Shown here piece after piece: positions 35,125 to 40,935 of a stretch of DNA of 40,935 bases; the stretch's first letter is position 1; each line of letters starts with the position of its first letter. This stretch comes from Elusimicrobiota bacterium (GTDB lineage: Bacteria; Elusimicrobiota; Elusimicrobia; UBA1565). The notes under the pieces were generated by a model, which saw nothing but the letters and a program-made list of their open reading frames with translations, made no database searches and had not been told where the DNA came from. A program made the translations under genes and the position numbers. The stretch lies in NCBI GenBank assembly GCA_043819795.1, contig JBDREN010000107.1, forward strand, positions 1 to 40,935. The letters run 5' to 3'.

Positions 35125-36005
35125 CAGGGCCTCCTCTCGGCGGATTCGTCCGTCTTGCCCGCGTCTCCCCGGGGGGAGGACGCCGACATCAGGCGCCTCT
35201 GCAGGTGCCATGAGATCTGCACGGCGGCCTCGCCGCGCACGAGCGCGAAGCTGGGCCAGGAGTTGAGATCGAGCAGGGTGATGGTCCCGCCCGGGGAGAT
35301 GATCGCGTCCCCGCCGAAGACCTCCAATCCGAGCTCCCGCGCGCCGCACGCCGCCTGGCGGGCGAGCGCGTCGAGCTCGAAGGGGATGCGGCGGGCTCGG
35401 ACGGGGTCGTGATAGAACCATGTGAACCAGTGGCCGGGGCCCACGCCGTAGAACTTGACGAGGTCGCCGTCGATGTGGGGCTGGACGACCCAGTGCGTGA
35501 TCTCGCGCCGGGCGAAGTCGCGCAGCACGCCCTCGGCTTCCGGCCAGGCGGCCACATGGACCACGTCCCGGTCGCAGGTATTGTGGACGTCGCCTCGCTT
35601 GATCCACCAGCCGCCGGGCGCGTCGCGCCGGCCCGGGGGCTCGCCGGGCCCTTCCTCGACGGCCCGGATCTCCGAGTCGGGGAAGCGGACCGCGGCGCTG
35701 GCCGAGAGGGCCGGTATCATGCGCATCCGGTAGCAGTTCAAGACCGCCTGGGGGGCGTTGACCCACAGCGGCCCGGCCGGGCCGAGGCCGAGCAGGCGCT
35801 TGATCCTGGGGTAGGATTCGCACATCGGGAGCACGGCGTCGTGCGCCGCGGGATCGACGGAGTCGATCTCTTCGGGCGCGATCGCCCGGGTCTGCATCCC
35901 GAGGTTGCCGAGCTGATCGAGGACCGCCTTCAGGATCAGCGCGTCGTCGGTCTCGCGGTTCGGGGAGTTGGTCAGCTCGCGAAAGATGCCTAGGCACCGA
36001 AGCAT
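35124..36005 (-). CDS. ATP-grasp-like protein of unknown function
   Basis: VN...V.NC.R, WWIKRGD, VVQPHIDGDLVKFY.V, GLEVFGGD.I and LLDLNSWPSF match the ATP-grasp pattern. Confidence 0.7.
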   Translation of the reverse strand: MLRCLGIFRELTNSPNRETDDALILKAVLDQLGNLGMQTRAIAPEEIDSVDPAAHDAVLPMCESYPRIKRLLGLGPAGPLWVNAPQAVLNCYRMRMIPALSASAAVRFPDSEIRAVEEGPGEPPGRRDAPGGWWIKRGDVHNTCDRDVVHVAAWPEAEGVLRDFARREITHWVVQPHIDGDLVKFYGVGPGHWFTWFYHDPVRARRIPFELDALARQAACGARELGLEVFGGDAIISPGGTITLLDLNSWPSFALVRGEAAVQISWHLQRRLMSASSPRGDAGKTDESAERRP

Positions 36006-36793
36006 GATGTCATCCTCTCAGCGGCGGGCAGGTCCTCCGGCCGGTCGACGTCCACGGAGTCCGCCAGGAGGACGCCGCGGACCGGACGCCCGCTCTTCAA
36101 TAGATCGGTCCAGAAATCGCGCAGCCGGCCGTGGGCCGAGGCCGCGGGCATGGCCGCCGTCACGGGCCGGCCCAAGGAGTATAGGCCGCAGGTCACCGCC
36201 TCGCGCCGCGAGGCCGCGGGCCCCAGCGCCGTCACGAGGCCTCCCGCGTCCACGTCGGCCCACAGCGGCTTTTCGTCCTCCACGAAGCGGGTCAGCGCCA
36301 GGGCCGCGGCCGGCCGCCCCTCGCTCCCGGACGCCGGAAAGGGGGCGAGGGCCTCGCGCGCGAACCGGCGCGTCTGTTCCGGCGGGATCAGCGCGTCGAC
36401 CGTGCTGATCATGAAGCTCTCGGCGCGCTCGGCCAGCCGGCGGGAGACGAGACGGAAGCTCTCCCAGGAGGAGGCCGTGTCCTCGCGGAGGAACGTCATC
36501 GTCAGGCCGGCGAAGCGCTCTTGGAGATAGGCGCGGGCGGGGTCGCCCGAGCTGTTGAGCAGCACGACGAGCGAGCGGACGCCCGCCGCTCGCAGGCTCG
36601 AGACGACCCAGTAAATCAGCGGCTTTCCTCCGACGGGCACCATCGGCTTGACCGTGCCCGGGTAGGCGTCGTGAAGGCGGGAGCCGCGGCCGGCCGCGAT
36701 GATGCCGGCGGACCAAAACCGTTCCTGAGGGCCACCGGCACTGGAGGCCTTGGAACCCGTGCCGGCGCGCGGAAGCTCTTCCCGCGCACTCAT
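35990..36793 (-). CDS. NTP-transferase (cytidylyltransferase-like)
   Basis: IIAAGRGSRL..KPMV.VGGKPLI, ISTVD and DVDRPEDL. The ATG at 36793 overlaps the HAD stop. Confidence 0.85.
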   Translation of the reverse strand: MSAREELPRAGTGSKASSAGGPQERFWSAGIIAAGRGSRLHDAYPGTVKPMVPVGGKPLIYWVVSSLRAAGVRSLVVLLNSSGDPARAYLQERFAGLTMTFLREDTASSWESFRLVSRRLAERAESFMISTVDALIPPEQTRRFAREALAPFPASGSEGRPAAALALTRFVEDEKPLWADVDAGGLVTALGPAASRREAVTCGLYSLGRPVTAAMPAASAHGRLRDFWTDLLKSGRPVRGVLLADSVDVDRPEDLPAAERMTSCFGA

Positions 36794-37518
36794 GCGTCCA
36801 CCCGACGGCCGGAACCGAACAGCAGGGGCTCGAGGTCGGAAAGCGTCCGCAGGACGGGCGCGGCGGCGCAGCATGTCTCGGACGCGTCGCGCCCGCCCGC
36901 TACCCACGCATGGGGCATGCCGAGGCCCTCGGCGCCCTTCATGTCGCGCGGGACCGAGTCGCCGACCATGAGGCTCTCCGCCGGCTCCACCCCGAGCCCG
37001 CGCGTGGCGTGGAGGAATATCTTCGCGTCCGGCTTCATCGCGCCGACCCGCTCCGAGTCGGCGACCGCGCCGAAGAGGTCGGCCAGGCCTTCGGCGGCGA
37101 GGATGGAATCGAGGTTTCCGTAGAAGTTCGACACGATCCCGAGCCGGAAGCTCCGGCGCAGGCGCTCAAGGAGGGGGCGGTTGCGGCGCAGGTGCGCCCG
37201 CGCGGAGTCGACGAAGCGGCGCACGACCCGCTCGGCCAGGCCCGGGCCCGCGGCGCCCGGCGCGGCGGCGGCGAGGTTCTCGACGACGCAGCCCGCCTGC
37301 AGGCGGATGGTCTGCTCGAGATCCAGCCCGTCCAGGGCGAAACGGGCGGGCAGGTTGTCGTCGGCGTCGTAGAAGGCGCGGGCGAAGGCCTCGCGATCCA
37401 CGCGCAGCCCTTCCTGAGCGTATATGGAAAGGAACCGGTCGAGCCAGTGGACGCCGTCGGCGTCCAGCGTGCCGCCGAAATCGAAAAGTACCGCCTTTGT
37501 CGTTGCGGTCATGGCCAT
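36790..37518 (-). CDS. HAD-superfamily hydrolase
   Basis: LFDFGGTLD, IVSNFYGN, KPD..IF and MVGDS..RDM.GA..GM. Confidence 0.9.
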   Translation of the reverse strand: MAMTATTKAVLFDFGGTLDADGVHWLDRFLSIYAQEGLRVDREAFARAFYDADDNLPARFALDGLDLEQTIRLQAGCVVENLAAAAPGAAGPGLAERVVRRFVDSARAHLRRNRPLLERLRRSFRLGIVSNFYGNLDSILAAEGLADLFGAVADSERVGAMKPDAKIFLHATRGLGVEPAESLMVGDSVPRDMKGAEGLGMPHAWVAGGRDASETCCAAAPVLRTLSDLEPLLFGSGRRVDA

Positions 37519-37525
37519 TCGGGGG

Positions 37526-37531
37526 ATTATA
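37526..37531 (-). promoter_or_regulatory. -10 box (TATAAT) of the HAD operon, probably leaderless
   Basis: Minus-strand TATAAT 7 nt before the ATG at 37518. Confidence 0.55.
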
Positions 37532-37542
37532 TAAAATAGGCC

Positions 37543-37571
37543 TTGACAAACAGCGATAATCCTGTTACAAA
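37543..37571 (+). promoter_or_regulatory. Sigma70-type promoter of the pilM operon
   Basis: TTGACA-17nt-TACAAA, preceded by TGn. Confidence 0.6.
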
Positions 37572-37731
37572 TTTCAGGGCAGTTGACGTATTTGGCGCCG
37601 AGTAGCCCCTCTGGGGGCGAAAGGCGTTTTTTGTTCGGGGTCGGTGGCGTGCATGGGCCGGCGCGCGGTCGCGTTGCGAGCGGGCGGCTGGCTTATCGGG
37701 GATTGTCGGGCCAGCGGGGTGGGAGACGGAT

Positions 37732-38886
37732 ATGGCCGGACTTCAAGACAAGCTTAAGGGCATCGATCTCAAGGGCCTCAAGGACAAGATCGGGTCGATC
37801 CTTATGGGTTCGAGCGACGTGCTCGGCGTCGATATCGGCAGCTACGCCGTGAAGGTAGTGTCTTTTAAGAAGGTGGGCGAGGGCTTGAAGTTGCAGGCGG
37901 CCGGCTACCTGCCCATCGGGGCGAAGGCGGACTCCTCCCCGGAGGAAAGGCAGCAGCAGGCGATCAACCGGCTGAAGGCGTTCCTGATCGAGAAGAGCAT
38001 CCAGATCAAGCACGCGGCCACCTCGATCTCGGGCAACGCCGTGATCGTGCGCTACGTGAAGTTCCCGCAGCTGACGAAGGACGAGCTCCGGGCGACGCTC
38101 GCCACCGAGGCCGAGCCCTTCATCCCCTTCGACATCAACGACGTCCAGCTCGGCTTCCACATCCTCAACGACATCGTCGAGGAAGGCCAGAAGAAGATGG
38201 AGACCGTGCTGGTGGCGGCGAAGAAGGAGGCGGTCGAGGCCCGCGTTCAGGCCCTCGAGGCCGTGGGGCTCAGGCCCGCGATCATCGACGTCGACTCCTT
38301 CGCCCTGGAGAACGTCAACGAGCAGGCGGCGGACCCGCAGCAGACCGTGGGCTCTACGCTCTACCTGAACATCGGGCACACGGTGACCAACCTGTCCATC
38401 ATCGAGGACGGCGTCACCCGCGTCGTGCGCGACGTGTTCATCGCGGGGAACACGTTCACGAAGGCGATCGTCAAGGCCCTCCAGTACGAATTTCCTAAGG
38501 CGGAGGAGGCGAAGAAGGCGAACGGCCTCTTGATCGACGCGGAGGAGAAGGAGAAGGCCCTCCAGGAGGGCAATCGCGACGGGCTGGGCGTCTCTCAGGC
38601 GGTCTCGGGGGTGCTCAAGGACCTGGTCAGCGAGCTGCACCGGTCCGTGGACTTCTACCTGTCCCAGGGGCCGGAGCGGTCGATCGGCCGCATCGTGCTC
38701 GCGGGCGGGTCGGCCCGCATGAAGAACCTCGCGAAGTTCCTCACGGGGGAGCTGAAGGTGCCGGTGACGGTCCTGAACCCTTTCGGATTCCTGACGCAGC
38801 CGCCGGCCGGCGTCCCCGAGGAGGTCGTGCCCGCGATGGGCGTCGCGGTCGGGCTCGCGCTGCGCAAGAACAAGGACTGGGCATGA
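37732..38886 (+). CDS. pilM: Type IV pilus assembly protein PilM
   Basis: LGVDIGSYAVKVV, EAEPFIPF, LVAAKKE, IDVDSFAL.N, LNIG, VLAGGSA and AVGLALR. Confidence 0.94.
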   Translation: MAGLQDKLKGIDLKGLKDKIGSILMGSSDVLGVDIGSYAVKVVSFKKVGEGLKLQAAGYLPIGAKADSSPEERQQQAINRLKAFLIEKSIQIKHAATSISGNAVIVRYVKFPQLTKDELRATLATEAEPFIPFDINDVQLGFHILNDIVEEGQKKMETVLVAAKKEAVEARVQALEAVGLRPAIIDVDSFALENVNEQAADPQQTVGSTLYLNIGHTVTNLSIIEDGVTRVVRDVFIAGNTFTKAIVKALQYEFPKAEEAKKANGLLIDAEEKEKALQEGNRDGLGVSQAVSGVLKDLVSELHRSVDFYLSQGPERSIGRIVLAGGSARMKNLAKFLTGELKVPVTVLNPFGFLTQPPAGVPEEVVPAMGVAVGLALRKNKDWA

Positions 38887-39443
38887 TCAGGATAAACCTC
38901 GTCCCCCAGGAGATCCTGGACAAGGAGCTGCAGAAGCAGCGGGCGGTCCAGATCGGCGTCGCCGTGGGCTTCGTGGTGCTCATCTTCGCGGGCATCTCGT
39001 TCGTCCATTACTATAAAGGAGTCAAGCTCGCGGGGCACCTCGCGGAGCAGGAGGAGAAGTTCAAGAAGCTGGAGACGATCGTCAAGCAGGTGGAGGCGCT
39101 CGAGGCCCAGGCGCTGGCGGTGCGGTCCCGCCTCAACGTGATGCAGGACCTGCTGAAGGCGCGGCCGCTCTACCCGCGGTTCATGACCGCGCTGCTCAAG
39201 ACCCTGCCCGACGGGATCTGGCTGAAGACCATGACGACCGGCGGGTCGGCCCAGGCGCTGGACGTGGACATGTCGGCCCAGGCGCTGACGGTCGAGAACG
39301 CCTCCGACTGGCTGCGGAGGCTCGAGGCCTCCGATATCTTCTCGGGGGCGGTGCTCGGCGCGCTCCAGGTGTCGTCGGCGGACGGGAGCCTGGCGTTCTC
39401 GATGCGGGTGACGTACAAGGCTAAGGAGGAGGAGAAGAAATAG
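38883..39443 (+). CDS. pilN: Type IV pilus assembly protein PilN
   Basis: MIRINLVP motif, single TM segment, coiled coil and LPDGIWL. Confidence 0.9.
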   Translation: MIRINLVPQEILDKELQKQRAVQIGVAVGFVVLIFAGISFVHYYKGVKLAGHLAEQEEKFKKLETIVKQVEALEAQALAVRSRLNVMQDLLKARPLYPRFMTALLKTLPDGIWLKTMTTGGSAQALDVDMSAQALTVENASDWLRRLEASDIFSGAVLGALQVSSADGSLAFSMRVTYKAKEEEKK

Positions 39444-39461
39444 CGTCTCCTTGGGCGTGAC

Positions 39462-40013
39462 ATGAACCTCAATATCCAGCTGACGAAGCAGCAGCAGCAG
39501 TACGTCGCCCTCGCCGTCCTCATAATCGGCGGCGGCGGCTACTCATACGTCAAGTATTTCTGGATGCCCACGTCGAAGAAGATCGCCGAGACCCAGCAGG
39601 AGGTCGAGAAGTACGAGCGCAAGATCAACAAGGCCAAGGGCCAGGCCGGCCGGCTCAACAAGATCAAGAAGGAGATCGAGCGTCTCGACCAGGAGGCGTT
39701 GGAGGCGGAGAAGCGCCTGCCGAAGGAACAGGACCTTCCAGGAGTGATCGACACCGTCAGCGATCTCTCCCGGCGCTACAACGTGGTCCTGGAGTCGTTC
39801 TCTCCGGGCAGGCCTAGCACGAAGCCGCATTTCATCGAGGTGAGCTACGACGTCTCCATGCGGGCGGCGTACCACGACGCGGGCTTGTTCCTGGCCGCGA
39901 TCGCGCTCGAGGAGCGCATCTTCAACGTGCGCGGGGTCAAGTACGGCTCGCCGGACGCGGCCGGCCGCCTGACGGTCCAGTTCCAGCTGGTGTCGTATCA
40001 GTACAAGGGGTGA
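39462..40013 (+). CDS. pilO: Type IV pilus assembly protein PilO
   Basis: TM segment, coiled coil, LP.EQDLP.VI and YH..G.FL..I...ERI. Synteny with pilMN. Confidence 0.88.
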   Translation: MNLNIQLTKQQQQYVALAVLIIGGGGYSYVKYFWMPTSKKIAETQQEVEKYERKINKAKGQAGRLNKIKKEIERLDQEALEAEKRLPKEQDLPGVIDTVSDLSRRYNVVLESFSPGRPSTKPHFIEVSYDVSMRAAYHDAGLFLAAIALEERIFNVRGVKYGSPDAAGRLTVQFQLVSYQYKG

Positions 40014-40014
40014 G

Positions 40015-40494
40015 ATGAGGGCCATTTTCCTGCTCTTGAGCGTCGTTCTGTCGCCGGCGAGCCCGGCGGCGGCGGAGGAGCCGTCCGTGAAGGGCTCCAC
40101 CGAGGCTGCGCGTCCGGTCAGGGTCGAGGACCTGTACGGCGGGCTGAAGCTCCGGGACCCGTTCCGCGATCTCACCAAAGCGGGCGGCGGCATGGTCGCC
40201 ATCGTAGCTGCGAAGGAGTTCGACCCCGAGGAGTTCAGCATCCACGCGGTCGATCTCAAGGGGGTCATGAAGGACCGGTCCGGGACCTACGCCGTGCTCG
40301 TGGACGGCGAGACCGGGATGGGCTTCATCCTGCGGGAAGGCAAGCTCTTCGATTACAAGAACAACCGCATCCCGAAGGTGACGGGGCGCATCAACGTGCC
40401 TCAGAAGACCGTCATCCTGATGACGCCGGATAAGGACGTGCAGACTTTGCGGCTCGGCGAGGAAGGCGCGGAGGACGTGGAGGACGAGGAGTGA
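40015..40494 (+). CDS. pilP: Type IV pilus assembly protein PilP-like
   Basis: Signal peptide, RDPF motif and LKGV...YAVLVD. Synteny with pilMNO. Confidence 0.75.
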   Translation: MRAIFLLLSVVLSPASPAAAEEPSVKGSTEAARPVRVEDLYGGLKLRDPFRDLTKAGGGMVAIVAAKEFDPEEFSIHAVDLKGVMKDRSGTYAVLVDGETGMGFILREGKLFDYKNNRIPKVTGRINVPQKTVILMTPDKDVQTLRLGEEGAEDVEDEE

Positions 40495-40498
40495 TCCC

Positions 40499-40935
40499 AT
40501 GATCAAGCAATTCGCGAAGCGGTGCGTCGCTCTTATCGTCGCGGCGGGGCTGGTCGGCACGCAGCCCGGGGCGGCCCTGTGGGCCGCCGGGCAGGCCGCG
40601 CTCGAGGGAGTCGAGGTGCAGCCCGACGAGATCACGGTCCACCTTTCGGAGCGCGTTCAGTTCAACATCTTCACCACCGCCGAGCCTCCGCGGCTCGTCC
40701 TCGAGCTGATGGACACCGAGCACGCGGCCGACCCCTCATACAAGGAGGGCATGGGGCGGTTCCTGACGCGGGTCCGCTCCGGCCAGTACCAGCGGGAGCC
40801 GGACCTCGTCTCCCGGGTGGTTCTCTATTTGAAAAAACTCGTCGCGTATCGGGCCAAATGGGACGACACGCGGCTGAAGGTGAGGCTGGAGGGCTTGTCG
40901 GAGGACGTTGAGGCGGCCGCCCCGGCCCCCGTCCC
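40499..40935 (+). CDS. pilQ: AMIN-domain protein, probable N-terminus of secretin PilQ (runs off the window)
   Basis: Read manually from the ATG at 40499: signal peptide, then FTTAEPPRLVLEL..VRSGQY..P..VSRVVL (AMIN). Follows pilP. Confidence 0.72.
   Translation, partial: MIKQFAKRCVALIVAAGLVGTQPGAALWAAGQAALEGVEVQPDEITVHLSERVQFNIFTTAEPPRLVLELMDTEHAADPSYKEGMGRFLTRVRSGQYQREPDLVSRVVLYLKKLVAYRAKWDDTRLKVRLEGLSEDVEAAAPAPV

Noticed and set aside
16444..36907. ORF-track N-terminal extensions that suggest fusions (692-aa Rel, 805-aa ZIP, 1135-aa BamA, 735-aa aminotransferase, 729-aa oxidoreductase, 609-aa CDP-AP)
   Set aside because: The extensions are Arg/Pro/Gly-rich off-frame readings of the upstream gene. 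The real starts coincide with stop/start overlaps or signal peptides.

Overview
GC-rich bacterial chromosomal region from a diderm, LPS-producing organism. Gene content suggests Elusimicrobiota, but this is inference only. Left to right: (1) rpmB, followed by two paralogous polytopic membrane proteins resembling GT-C glycosyltransferases. (2) An accessory patch: a CTAG-bounded 313-bp MITE, a tRNA-Gln-like 3' remnant, an ORF6N gene, and a tandem array of four exported caspase-family (C14) proteases with swapped N-terminal domains. (3) OsmC-like, cupin and alpha/beta-hydrolase genes, a sugar nucleotidyltransferase/kinase pair, a GcvR-like ACT protein and def. (4) A long minus-strand envelope operon: bamA-skp-lpxD-lpxC-fabZ-lpxA-lpxI-(gnnA-like)-lpxB-msbA-ZIP-short Rel-cNMP protein. 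(5) A minus-strand six-gene operon (HAD, NTP-transferase, ATP-grasp-like, class III aminotransferase, Gfo/Idh/MocA, CDP-alcohol phosphotransferase) plus GNAT, which looks like an undescribed amino-cyclitol/phospholipid head-group pathway. (6) pilMNOP and the start of pilQ. Several palindromic non-coding elements and many apparently leaderless promoters are visible. The best candidates for a new system are the lipoprotein caspase array and the putative amino-cyclitol lipid operon. No database searches were run; calls rest on motif recognition.
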